DNA of 64,000 bases. It comes from Candidatus Moraniibacteriota bacterium. Lineage in GTDB: Bacteria; Patescibacteriota; Minisyncoccia; Moranbacterales; UBA2206. The notes beneath the pieces are model-generated. The model did no database searches and was not told where the DNA came from. It saw only the letters and a list, made by a program, of their open reading frames with translations. The translations under genes and the position numbers were made by a program. Below are positions 27,806 through 39,388 of the stretch, in pieces. The stretch spans positions 2,177 through 66,176 of the forward strand of contig DMWY01000008.1 of the NCBI GenBank assembly GCA_003483065.1, in the 5' to 3' direction. Position 1 is the stretch's first letter. Each line of letters opens with the position of its first letter.

Positions 27806-28930
27806 ATGTTTTTTCAAACTCAAAAACCCGAATTAAAAAAAGAATACGAGCATTTTCTAAGAATTGTCGGTTGCCTTTCTAATCTTTTTTCTGAATCAGA
27901 TATTCCCTACTTATATTATCGAGTCGCAGAAAAAGTTTTTTGTCGTGCCTTTGAAGCAGAAGATTTATCAAGAAGTGATGTTTCAGCTGATGCTAAAAAA
28001 GACGCTTTAGGCATCGGATTAAAAACTTTTCTCGCAAACAACAATAAAACTTTTCAAAAAATTGCTGAATTTAATAATGACAGAAGACTTTATGAAAATT
28101 TATCTCCTGAAAATTTAATCAGAAAAGTTTCAGAACTAAGAAATGCCAGAATTGAATTTACAGAGAACGCCCACGCTCTTGAAAATTCAATTTATCACTG
28201 CGTAATAAGAAATAAGGGAAAGTTTTTAATTTTCGAGGAAGCAATGGATAAAGTTGATATTTCTAATATCAAAAACATAAAAGAAAGAAAAGGCTCAATC
28301 GCTTTTAATGATGGCAAACACGAGTATTCATTTTTAGTTTCTAAAAGTACACTTACGAAAAGATTTATAACTGAACCGATTGCTTATGAGTTCAATGTTG
28401 ATATCTTGAAAGATCCACTTTTAGAATTGAAAAAATTGCTTGAAAAAACAGATTTGCATTTTGAAAAAGCATCAAAAATAAAACAAACAATTTATTTGCC
28501 GTTGTATGGAAAAAATCAAACAGTTTTTGAAAAAAGCGGTTTAAATCAATGGAATGCAGGCGGAAGAGATCGCCATCCTAATGAGGTTTATATTCCAATT
28601 CCAGCAGAAATTCACAAAAATTTTCCAAATTTTTTCCCCGGTCGAGAAACACCCTTTGGTTTAAGGCTGCCAAATGGGAATATAATGCAATCAAAAGTTT
28701 GCCAAGATGGCGGAAAAGCGCTTATGTCATATTCAAATCGTGAGCTAGGGCAATGGATATTAAGAGATGTTTTGAAGCTAAAAGAAGGAGAACTTTTGAC
28801 CTATGAAAGATTGCAAATTCTGGGAATCGATTCAGTAAGAATTGATAGAATGGATAATTCTGATTTTGTAATAAACTTTGCCAGAATTGGAAGTTATGAG
28901 CAGTTTAAAAATATGGATGAGAAAGAATAA
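27806..28930 (+). CDS. Restriction endonuclease, NgoFVII-like
   Basis: Follows the MTase. PD-(D/E)xK-like SADAK...GIGLKTF and C-terminal SGLNQWNAGGR...EVYIPIP. Confidence 0.7.
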   Translation: MFFQTQKPELKKEYEHFLRIVGCLSNLFSESDIPYLYYRVAEKVFCRAFEAEDLSRSDVSADAKKDALGIGLKTFLANNNKTFQKIAEFNNDRRLYENLSPENLIRKVSELRNARIEFTENAHALENSIYHCVIRNKGKFLIFEEAMDKVDISNIKNIKERKGSIAFNDGKHEYSFLVSKSTLTKRFITEPIAYEFNVDILKDPLLELKKLLEKTDLHFEKASKIKQTIYLPLYGKNQTVFEKSGLNQWNAGGRDRHPNEVYIPIPAEIHKNFPNFFPGRETPFGLRLPNGNIMQSKVCQDGGKALMSYSNRELGQWILRDVLKLKEGELLTYERLQILGIDSVRIDRMDNSDFVINFARIGSYEQFKNMDEKE

Positions 28931-29006
28931 GTAGTTTTGAAAAATTTAATTCATTCCTAGTCCTCTTTTGTGTGAATCCTAATATAAAAAATATAAAAAA
29001 AATCTT

Positions 29007-29771
29007 ATGCCGAATTTTTTTCAAGTGATAATTTTAGGAATAGTGGAGGGGATAACGGAATTCTTGCCGATTTCGTCGACGGCGCATTTGATTTTGACGG
29101 CGGATATTTTGAAACTAACGCAAACAGAATTTTTGAAAAGTTTTGAAATCATCATTCAATTTGGCGCGATTTTGGCGGTGGTAGTTCTATATTGGAAAAC
29201 GCTTTGGAAAATGGAAGTGATCAAAAAACTCGTGGTCGCTTTTATCCCGACGGGAATTTTGGGATTGGTTTTTTATAAAATAATTAAAACTTATCTTTTA
29301 GGAAGTGTGAGTGTAGTTCTTTGGACAATGTTTTTGGGTGGAATATTTCTGATTATTTTTGAAAAATGGCACACAGAAAAAGAAAGTGCACTAGAAGACA
29401 TTTCCAATATTTCCTATAAACAATGTTTGTATATCGGACTTTTTCAATCAATCGCGATGATTCCCGGGGTTTCGCGTAGCGCCGCCACAATTCTTGGGGG
29501 ACTAGCGCTTGGACTCAAAAGAAAAATAATCGTGGAATTTTCTTTTCTCTTGGCCGTGCCAACAATGCTCGCTGCCACTGGTTTGGATTTGATGAAAAAT
29601 TATAAAAGTTTTTCACTATCTGAAAGTCACCTCTTGGCTGTTGGCTTTTTAGTTTCTTTTGTGATGGCAATTTTGGGAATAAAATTTCTTCTTTCTTATA
29701 TCCAAAAAAGAACATTTACGGCTTTTGGATTCTACCGCATCTTAGTATCGATTTTGTTTTGGTTGAAATGA
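29007..29771 (+). CDS. uppP: Undecaprenyl-diphosphatase
   Basis: GIVEGITEFLPISSTAH, IQFGAILAV, PGVSRS, EFSFLLAVP. Confidence 0.95.
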   Translation: MPNFFQVIILGIVEGITEFLPISSTAHLILTADILKLTQTEFLKSFEIIIQFGAILAVVVLYWKTLWKMEVIKKLVVAFIPTGILGLVFYKIIKTYLLGSVSVVLWTMFLGGIFLIIFEKWHTEKESALEDISNISYKQCLYIGLFQSIAMIPGVSRSAATILGGLALGLKRKIIVEFSFLLAVPTMLAATGLDLMKNYKSFSLSESHLLAVGFLVSFVMAILGIKFLLSYIQKRTFTAFGFYRILVSILFWLK

Positions 29772-29830
29772 AAAAGCAGACATCTTAATAAGCCTGTCTG
29801 CTCCTCGTTTTTTTGTGAAACTTCATTTTT

Positions 29831-30832
29831 TTAAAGAAGGCTGGGGTCGATTGCCCTGTTCGCAATGTCCGTCCTATTAAACAGGTTGGTACATCGGATC
29901 CTGCCAACAGCCCGATAGGCGTTATTTTTGGCATTAAGAGTATCAATGCCCAAAGCCGTCACACCCAAGACTCTTCCCCCATCCGTAATCAACTCACCGC
30001 TATCATCAAATTTGGTTCCGGCATGGAAAACGACGGTATTGATATTTTCTGTTCCATAGGTAATTGCGATAGGGAATCCTTTCGCATACTTATCCGGATA
30101 TCCCTTGGACGCCATAACCACGCACACCGCTGGTCGGGGATCCCATTTGATTTTTTGCTGATCAAGCGTTCCGTTAATGGCTGATTCAATGATTTCCATC
30201 AAATCGGTTTCCAACCGCATAACAATGGGTTGGATTTCCGGATCGCCAAACCTGGCATTGAATTCCAGGACGTACGGATCTCCTTTTTTGTCTATCATCA
30301 ACCCGACATAAATGACCCCGGCAGAGAGCATTGATTCTGCTCTTAATGCCTCAATCAACGGATTAATTATCCTTTCTGTGATTTTTTTCTCAACTTCAGT
30401 GGATATGATGGGTGCCGGTGAATAGGCACCCATTCCACCAGTGTTGGGTCCTTCATCCTTATCAAAAACTGCTTTATGATCCTGCGCTGTGGCCATAGGA
30501 AGGACGGAACCATTTTTATCAGTGATATAAATGCAGGACGCCTCTTCGCCAAAAATACAATTCTCCATGACGATTCGACTGGCGGCTTCTTCAAATTTAC
30601 CGCTGTCAATTACACCAAGGAAATCCTCCACTTCTTGACGATTTTTGCAAACCCGCACGCCTTTGCCAGCGGCTAGTCCGTCTACTTTCAGAACAATCGG
30701 GAAATAGTTATCTTCGAATTCATGGAAGTTCATGTTTTTGCGTATTTCGTCTGTACTGTCGAAAATAATAAATGGCGCAGTTGGGATGTCGTATCTTTCC
30801 ATTAATTCCTTGGCAAAGACCTTCGACCCCTC

Positions 30833-30844
<12 letters not shown>
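29831..30844 (-). CDS. purD: PurD C-terminal part (ATP-grasp and C domains) behind an element-supplied ATG
   Basis: SKVFAK, KVDGLAAGKGV, QDHK...GPNTGGMGAYSP, EFNARFGDPE, GGRVL. Codons 30844-30833 lie inside the IS end. Could be a non-expressed pseudogene half. Confidence 0.8.
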
Positions 30845-32511
<1,667 letters not shown>

Positions 32512-32668
32512 TTATAAAAAAGGGTCCATCTAACGACCCTAAGGTTTTTAAAGGAACAGATTCTCCTTATAAGTAAGGGTATAGGATAGACGCTAAAAGT
32601 CAAGCAATTTTCCCTAGCGGGAAGTTCTTTTTTCTGATATAATAATAGAAGGAAATAAAAACAAAAAA

Positions 32669-33643
32669 ATGGAATTTTGCAAAAACAAACTAAAATTAAA
32701 AATAGAGCTTATAAATGATTTTGATCTTAGAAAACAAGCGAAGGACTTGGGAGTCAAGATTTGGCAAACGCCCAGTTTTCTTTTTATAATTTTCGGAGTT
32801 GCAGCAACAATTATCATGGCTGCCACTTATTTTATTTCGAAAAATTATGAAAATCCGGCCGTCTTGGTAATTTCAGAATGCTTGGTCGTAGTTGTTATCT
32901 TTGTTTTGGAAATGTTAGTGACTAGATTTGTTGAGCAAATGACTAGACTCAACAGAATGAAAAGTGAATTTGTCTCCATTGCTTCACATCAACTCAGAAC
33001 TCCACTTTCTGCAATTAAATGGGAAACAGAATTGATGCTAAAAAAATTCAAGAAAGGCTTGAATAAAAAGCAGGTTAAAAATATAGAAAATATCTATGCG
33101 ATAAATCAACGAATGATTCATTTAGTAAATGATCTTTTAAATGTGGCAAGAATTGATCAAAATCGGTTAATTCTCAAAAAACAAAAATTTGATTTTGTTG
33201 AAATGGTCAAAGAAGTAGTTGCGGAAATTATTCCTAAGGCTAAGCCGAGAAACATCAAAATTGATATAAACGCAAAAAAAGAAGTGCCCTTTGTTTTGGG
33301 GGACGCTGAAAAGATAAGATTGGTTATGGATAATCTTTTGGATAATGCGGTTAAGTATACCAACAGTGGCGGGAAAATAAAGATAAGTATTTTTAAGTCA
33401 GGGAATTTTTTGATTTTTGAAATAAGGGATAATGGCGTGGGCATTCCCGAAGAACAAACGGGTCGTGTTTTTGAAAAATTTTTCCGCTCTGACAATGCTT
33501 CGAAATATCAAACAGATGGCACTGGTCTAGGACTATATATCGCCAAAAATATCGTGGAACAATTAGGGGGGGAAATTTGGTTTCAGTCCATTGAAAATGT
33601 TGGATCGGTTTTTAGTTTTTCTTTACCGATTAGCAGATTGTAA
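32669..33643 (+). CDS. Small two-TM histidine kinase
   Basis: EFVSIASHQLRTPL, NLLDNAVKY, DNGVGIP, GTGLGLY. Confidence 0.93.
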   Translation: MEFCKNKLKLKIELINDFDLRKQAKDLGVKIWQTPSFLFIIFGVAATIIMAATYFISKNYENPAVLVISECLVVVVIFVLEMLVTRFVEQMTRLNRMKSEFVSIASHQLRTPLSAIKWETELMLKKFKKGLNKKQVKNIENIYAINQRMIHLVNDLLNVARIDQNRLILKKQKFDFVEMVKEVVAEIIPKAKPRNIKIDINAKKEVPFVLGDAEKIRLVMDNLLDNAVKYTNSGGKIKISIFKSGNFLIFEIRDNGVGIPEEQTGRVFEKFFRSDNASKYQTDGTGLGLYIAKNIVEQLGGEIWFQSIENVGSVFSFSLPISRL

Positions 33644-33647
33644 ATGA

Positions 33648-33792
33648 TAGAACTTCCCCATTTCCCTTCGAATCTATTGTTCACTGAAATTACAAAAAAA
33701 TAAAACTAAGATTATAGATAGAAAATATTGATTGTAATCCTGCTATTGTCCTGGCTACATAAATAGATTCTCATTGAAATGCGTAAGTTCTA
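33648..33792. mobile_element. MITE-like element, copy 2 (between kinase and receiver genes)
   Basis: TAGAACTTCCCCATTT...AAATGCGTAAGTTCTA; interior aligns with 8547-8690. Confidence 0.8.
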
Positions 33793-33811
33793 ATAATTAA
33801 TTTTTTAAAAT

Positions 33812-34183
33812 ATGGCTAACAAAAAAATACTCATAATTGAAGATGAAGAGACATTGCAAAGAGCGCTCACGCAATATTTGGAAGAAGAAAATTTTGAAGT
33901 TTTTGGGGCAATGGATGGAGAGAAGGGAGTTGAAATGGTCAAAAAAGAAAAGCCTGACCTGGTTCTTTTGGACATAATTTTGCCAAAAAAAGACGGCTTT
34001 AAGGTGTTAGAAGAGATAAAACAAGATGAAACTACGAAAAATATTCCCGTGATACTTTTGACAAATCTGGAAAGCATAGATGATATTCAAAAAGCTTTCG
34101 ACAAAGGCGCTACGACATATCTAGTTAAATCAGAGTATAAATTGGAAGACGTGGTTAAAAAAATTAATGAAACGCTCAAATAA
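33812..34183 (+). CDS. Single-domain response regulator
   Basis: ILIIEDE, PDLVLLDIILP, LTN, YLVK; stop overlaps the pilB start (TAATG). Confidence 0.93.
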   Translation: MANKKILIIEDEETLQRALTQYLEEENFEVFGAMDGEKGVEMVKKEKPDLVLLDIILPKKDGFKVLEEIKQDETTKNIPVILLTNLESIDDIQKAFDKGATTYLVKSEYKLEDVVKKINETLK

Positions 34184-35934
34184 TGCGCATAGAAAATGAA
34201 CAACTTAAGGAATTTATAAAAGATGCTGGAATGGTTGAAGATGGAGAACTGGAAGCATCTTTTAAGGAAGCTCAGGATGGCAAGAAAAAATTGGGTGAAA
34301 TTCTTTTGGCCAAAAAACTCATTGATGAGTTGAAACTCAGAAAACTTTATGCCTATATTTTAGGTGTGCCTTTTGTGGATATTTCCAAGGAAATGATTCC
34401 GCCGGAAATTTTGCAAATAGTTCCTGAACCAATCGCCAAGAAATATAAAATTGTTGCCTTTGAAAAAAATGGCCAAGAGCTGAAAGTGGCCATGATCAAT
34501 CCAGAAGATATGCAGACGATTGATTTTATCCGAAAAAAAACTGGGCTTAAAATTGTTTCTTGTCTCACAACTGAAGAAAGTATCGAAGCAGTCTTGAAAC
34601 AATATAGTCAAAGTTTGAAAGCAGAGTTCGGGGATATTATTGATAAGAATGCTTCAATGATATCGGAGGAAAAAGGAGAAGAAGATGATTTGGAAAAAAT
34701 TGCTCAAGGACTGCCGATTATCCGGATTGTAGATACTTTGATCAAACATGCAATTTTGCAAGAAGCTAGTGATATCCACATTGAACCGGATGAAAAAGAA
34801 GTGCGCATTAGATATCGAATTGACGGAATTTTGCATGAGGCGATGACATTGCCCAAGCAAGTTAGAGACGGAATTATTGCTAGGATAAAAGTCTTGTCTA
34901 ATCTGAAATTAGATGAACATCGCGTTCCGCAGGACGGCCGATTTAAAATGGAAAAAGATGGAGCCAAAATTTCTTTCCGGGTAAGTATCTTGCCAATTTT
35001 TGACGGAGAAAAAATTGTGATGCGACTTCTCAATGAAACATCCAAAGGATTGACGCTAGAAGCGATGGGTCTGATGGGACAAGCTTTGGAAGTTATTCAC
35101 AAAGAAATCAAGCGTCCTAATGGAATGATTTTAGTGACGGGGCCAACTGGATCCGGAAAAACCACTACGCTGTATACGATCATGGATATTCTAAATACTC
35201 CTGAAGTAAATATCAGCACCGTGGAAGATCCAGTGGAATACCGTATGATACGGATAAACCAAACGCAAATCCATCCTAAGGTTGGTCTTACTTTTGCGGC
35301 GGGACTGCGCTCGCTTTTGCGTCAAGATCCGGATATTATAATGGTAGGGGAAATTAGAGATAAGGAAACGATGGAAATGGCAGTGCAAGCTGCGATGACA
35401 GGGCATCTTGTTCTTTCAACTTTGCATACTAACAGTGCCGCGGGAACTTTGCCACGACTTATTGATATGGGAGCCGAACCGTTTTTGGTGGCATCCACCG
35501 CTAATGTGATCATCGCACAAAGACTTATCCGAAAATTATGCAATGAATGTAAGGAAGAATATATCCTAGAAAAAAAAGAATTAGAAACTTTGAGGAGTAA
35601 TTATGAGATGGATAGCATCTTGGAAGTTTTGAAAAAAAATGCAGCCACTAAGGATAAGATAAACTCTGAAGATAAATGGGAGAATATAAAATTCTATAAG
35701 CCTAAGGGTTGCAGTCAATGCGGCAAGGAAGGTTATCATGGACGGAACGGCATCTTTGAAGTTTTGGAAATAGATGAAGAAATCAGAAAAATGATTTCGC
35801 AGAATTCACCAGCGGAAGAGTTGGAGAGAAAGGCCAAAGAAAAAGGTATGCTCTCGATGATTGAAGATGGTTTCTCCAAAGCCATTTTGGGCATAACTTC
35901 AATTGAAGAAATATTGAGGGTAACAAAGGAATAG
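34183..35934 (+). CDS. pilB: Type IV pilus assembly ATPase (PilB/GspE)
   Basis: ASDIHIEP, GPTGSGKTT, EDPVEY, LRQDPDIIMVGEIRD, TGHLVLSTLHTN, two CxxC motifs. Confidence 0.95.
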   Translation: MRIENEQLKEFIKDAGMVEDGELEASFKEAQDGKKKLGEILLAKKLIDELKLRKLYAYILGVPFVDISKEMIPPEILQIVPEPIAKKYKIVAFEKNGQELKVAMINPEDMQTIDFIRKKTGLKIVSCLTTEESIEAVLKQYSQSLKAEFGDIIDKNASMISEEKGEEDDLEKIAQGLPIIRIVDTLIKHAILQEASDIHIEPDEKEVRIRYRIDGILHEAMTLPKQVRDGIIARIKVLSNLKLDEHRVPQDGRFKMEKDGAKISFRVSILPIFDGEKIVMRLLNETSKGLTLEAMGLMGQALEVIHKEIKRPNGMILVTGPTGSGKTTTLYTIMDILNTPEVNISTVEDPVEYRMIRINQTQIHPKVGLTFAAGLRSLLRQDPDIIMVGEIRDKETMEMAVQAAMTGHLVLSTLHTNSAAGTLPRLIDMGAEPFLVASTANVIIAQRLIRKLCNECKEEYILEKKELETLRSNYEMDSILEVLKKNAATKDKINSEDKWENIKFYKPKGCSQCGKEGYHGRNGIFEVLEIDEEIRKMISQNSPAEELERKAKEKGMLSMIEDGFSKAILGITSIEEILRVTKE

Positions 35935-36056
35935 GAATGTCCCGCACAAAATTCCAAAAAAGATTCAGATAATTTAAAGTTTTATGTGCGTGGCTCGCCT
36001 GACGGCTAGTTTAGAAATAATTTAAAATTTTTAGAGTGAATTTTTACGGGATGCTC
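35935..36056. repeat. Possible small MITE between pilB and pilC
   Basis: Imperfect terminal IR TCCCGCACAAAATTC / GAATTTTTACGGGA and an internal direct repeat ATAATTTAAA. Confidence 0.4.
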
Positions 36057-36092
36057 ATTTTTGTAGCTTCTCGCTATCATTCAAAGACAAAA

Positions 36093-37316
36093 ATGGCAAA
36101 AATATTTTACAGTGCAAAAAATTATAATGGCGAAACAAAGCAGGGAGAGTTGGATGTGAAAAATGAACGAGAATTAGCCACGGAGCTTAGAGCGGATGGA
36201 TTTATTTTGACTTCTTTCAAAGAAATTATAGTCAGCGAAAGAGAAAAAGCCCAAGTTAATTTTTTGAATCGTTTTATCCGAATTTCCCTTACGGACAAAT
36301 TGATGTTTGCTAGAAATTTGAGTGTGATGATTGCTTCAGGCCTTCCTCTTTCTCGAGCGATAAAAAACATTTCTCTGCAAACTGAAAAAAAGAAATTTGC
36401 TCAAATTCTAATGGAGATTTATGAAGAAATTCAAGCCGGAAATGCTTTCGCGGATGCGCTGGCAAAATACCCTGGAATTTTTGACGACCTATTTGTGAAT
36501 ATGATTAGAGTGGGGGAAGTCAGTGGAAACTTGGAAGAAGTTTTGAATATCTTAGCGCTTCAATTGGAAAAAGAACATGAGTTGATGAGCAAAGTCAAAG
36601 GCGCTCTGACATATCCGGCCGTTATTTTGGTGGTGATGATTGGAATTGGAATTGTGATGCTCACTTATGTTTTGCCAAAATTGATGGGTGTTTTTAGGGA
36701 TATGGATGTGGTGCTCCCAGCTTCTACTAGATTTATTATCGCGCTTAGCGATATTTTCCAGAAACATGGAATCTTAGTGGCTCTGTTTTTTATTTCTATC
36801 ATTGTATTTTTGAGATTTTTTATGATGATGGAAGCTGGCAAAAAAACACTAGGATTTTTATTGATTAATATGCCGGCAATTAAAAATATTGTGATCAAAG
36901 TGAATTGTTCTCGTTTTGCCAGAATTTATAGCTCACTTTTGAAAAGTGGAGTTTCTTCGGTGGAGTCATTGAAAATTCTTTCTGAAACACTCACAAATTA
37001 TTACTATCAAAATGCCATGAAGGATTGCGTAGTTAAGATTCAGAAAGGTATTGCGCTAAGCGCAATTGTCAGCAAATATCCAAAAATATTCCCAGTGTTG
37101 GTTTGTCAAATGATTCAAGTGGGCGAAGAGACTGGAAAAACTGAAACGGTACTTTTGAAACTAGCTGAATTCTATGAAGATGAAGTATCACAAATTACAA
37201 AAAATATGTCATCTATCATCGAACCAATTCTAATGGTTTTTATCGGTGCGGCAGTGGGATTTTTTGCAATCTCGATGCTCCAGCCGATGTATTCGATAAT
37301 GGACAACATAAAGTAA
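36093..37316 (+). CDS. pilC: Type IV pilus platform protein (PilC/GspF)
   Basis: Two T2SSF repeats (GEVSGNLEEVL; GEETGKTETVL...IEP). ATG 36093 preferred. Confidence 0.93.
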   Translation: MAKIFYSAKNYNGETKQGELDVKNERELATELRADGFILTSFKEIIVSEREKAQVNFLNRFIRISLTDKLMFARNLSVMIASGLPLSRAIKNISLQTEKKKFAQILMEIYEEIQAGNAFADALAKYPGIFDDLFVNMIRVGEVSGNLEEVLNILALQLEKEHELMSKVKGALTYPAVILVVMIGIGIVMLTYVLPKLMGVFRDMDVVLPASTRFIIALSDIFQKHGILVALFFISIIVFLRFFMMMEAGKKTLGFLLINMPAIKNIVIKVNCSRFARIYSSLLKSGVSSVESLKILSETLTNYYYQNAMKDCVVKIQKGIALSAIVSKYPKIFPVLVCQMIQVGEETGKTETVLLKLAEFYEDEVSQITKNMSSIIEPILMVFIGAAVGFFAISMLQPMYSIMDNIK

Positions 37317-37328
37317 TTCGTAAAGAAT

Positions 37329-38693
37329 ATGAAAAAAACAAAAAACAATTTAGGCTTTACGCTCATCGAAGCGTTGGTTTTGTTGTTTATTTTTTCTTTG
37401 ATAACCATTACTTTCTATCAAGTCATCAGCGTCGGAACAAGATATATTATTTTTTCCAAAAATCGTTTAGGGGCAATTGCTTTGGCTAATGAAAAAATGG
37501 AAACTGCTAGAAATCTGAAATATGATGATGTGGGAATTCAAAATGGTGCTTGTATGGGAAACATACCGCAAGACGAGGATGTGGCAGAAAATGGCAGAAG
37601 CTATCACGTGCATACCTTAGCTGCTTATATAGACGATCCATTTGATGGAACTTTGGGTGGTAGTCCTAATGATACGGCTTATAAGGATTATAAAATAGTA
37701 AAAATTACTGTTTCTTGGGGTGGTAGCGGTATTGATGCTGGGAGTATATTTTTGCTTTCTCGTTTTGTCCCACCAGGACTCGAGGCAGCGACTTCGGGCG
37801 ATGGAATATTATCGATAAATATTTTCAGCGATCAAGCTGGAGGTGCAGGGGTTTCAGGAGCGACAGTTAAAATTACTAATTCTGATTTAGGTTTTAGTGA
37901 AACTCGACAAACAGATAGCATGGGTAATGTGATGATAGTTGGTGCAAAAGAATCAATTCAAAAATATGAAATAGAAGTTTCCAAATCAGGGTATGAAACA
38001 GTGGAAACTTATCCTGTTTATCCAGATAGTACTTATAATCCAGTCGATACCCATGCTTCAGTCGTCGCCGGATCAATGAATGTCACTAATATTGCCCTAA
38101 ATAAAACGGTGGATTTGAAAATAATTACTCAAAATTATTTTGGTAGCGCTATTTCTGATATTAATTTTGTCTTGGAAGGCGGAAGAAAACTTGGAACAGA
38201 AGTGGCTAATCCATATACGCCCGTCTATGCGATAGATGAAACTAGTCAAACCAATTCTTCTGGAGAAAAAGAATATAATTCAATTAGTCCTGGGCAATAT
38301 ACTTTTGAATTTACTAATCCAATAGCGGATTATGTGCAAATCGGAACAGATCCAGCGCCTCCGCTCGTACTTTCTTCGGAAAATAATTTAGATTTCAAGG
38401 TGGTATTGGCTTCGAAAAATGTGACATCAATTCTGGTAAAAATAAATGCAACAGGGAGTACCAACCCATTTGCTGGCGCGACAGTTGAGTTGAGTAATAC
38501 TACGGGATATAACGAAAATACAATAACAGATGGAAACGGGACAGCTTTTTTTCCAAAGACGGAAAGTGTACCACTGGAAGAGGGTGCATACAATTTGAAA
38601 GTTACAGCCGAGGGCTATCAAGAAATTTCTAAAGAGATCAATATAGACGAGAATAATCTTAGCTTGGAATCAATTGAATTGGTGGCTAATTAA
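37329..38693 (+). CDS. Minor pilin with C-terminal carboxypeptidase-regulatory/Ig-like repeats
   Basis: Prepilin site G|FTLIE; repeats GATV...TD..G...Y.I.V.K.GY. Confidence 0.85.
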   Translation: MKKTKNNLGFTLIEALVLLFIFSLITITFYQVISVGTRYIIFSKNRLGAIALANEKMETARNLKYDDVGIQNGACMGNIPQDEDVAENGRSYHVHTLAAYIDDPFDGTLGGSPNDTAYKDYKIVKITVSWGGSGIDAGSIFLLSRFVPPGLEAATSGDGILSINIFSDQAGGAGVSGATVKITNSDLGFSETRQTDSMGNVMIVGAKESIQKYEIEVSKSGYETVETYPVYPDSTYNPVDTHASVVAGSMNVTNIALNKTVDLKIITQNYFGSAISDINFVLEGGRKLGTEVANPYTPVYAIDETSQTNSSGEKEYNSISPGQYTFEFTNPIADYVQIGTDPAPPLVLSSENNLDFKVVLASKNVTSILVKINATGSTNPFAGATVELSNTTGYNENTITDGNGTAFFPKTESVPLEEGAYNLKVTAEGYQEISKEINIDENNLSLESIELVAN

Positions 38694-38704
38694 TTTGCGA
38701 TTAA

Positions 38705-39349
38705 ATGAAAAAAAATATACGAAAAAAAATGAATGGACTCACGCTAATCGAAATGATGATGTCAATCACTATTTTTTCTATGGGCATTGCTGGTTTTACT
38801 ATGTTATTTTCCAAAACTTGGAAAACTAATTCCTATGTTCTAGAAATGGGTCAATCTTCAATGAATGCCTCACAAGGAGTGAATAAAATTGTAGATTATA
38901 TCAGAAGAGTCAAGCAAGCTGATGATGGAGCTTATCCAGTGAAATCAGCTGATAGCAATGACTTGGTACTTTTTTCTGATTATGATAAGGATGGCGCTAC
39001 AGAAAGATTGCATTTTTATAAATCCGGTTCGAATATTCTAATGGGAGTTACTAATCCAACAACTACATTACCAAAAACTTATCCGACCAATGATCAAGAA
39101 ATAATCACCTTAGTTTCCAATGTCGTCAATGAGATAGACGAACCAATTTTTTATTATTACAACAAAGATTATCCGGGGGATACAACCAATAATCCACTGA
39201 CTATGCCAGTGACGAATCATCTAGCAGATATTCGTCTTATGAAAATATTTTTACAAGTAAATACGAATCCAAATAAATTTCCAAGTAATATAAAAATACA
39301 ATCATTTGTGGAAATGAGGAATTTGAATGATTATGATCGGGTACAATAA
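38705..39349 (+). CDS. Minor pilin (PilW-like)
   Basis: G|LTLIEMMMSITIF prepilin motif. Confidence 0.85.
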   Translation: MKKNIRKKMNGLTLIEMMMSITIFSMGIAGFTMLFSKTWKTNSYVLEMGQSSMNASQGVNKIVDYIRRVKQADDGAYPVKSADSNDLVLFSDYDKDGATERLHFYKSGSNILMGVTNPTTTLPKTYPTNDQEIITLVSNVVNEIDEPIFYYYNKDYPGDTTNNPLTMPVTNHLADIRLMKIFLQVNTNPNKFPSNIKIQSFVEMRNLNDYDRVQ

Positions 39350-39388
39350 AAAAGTAGAAAGTATTAAGTATAGAGTAGAAAGCTAAAT

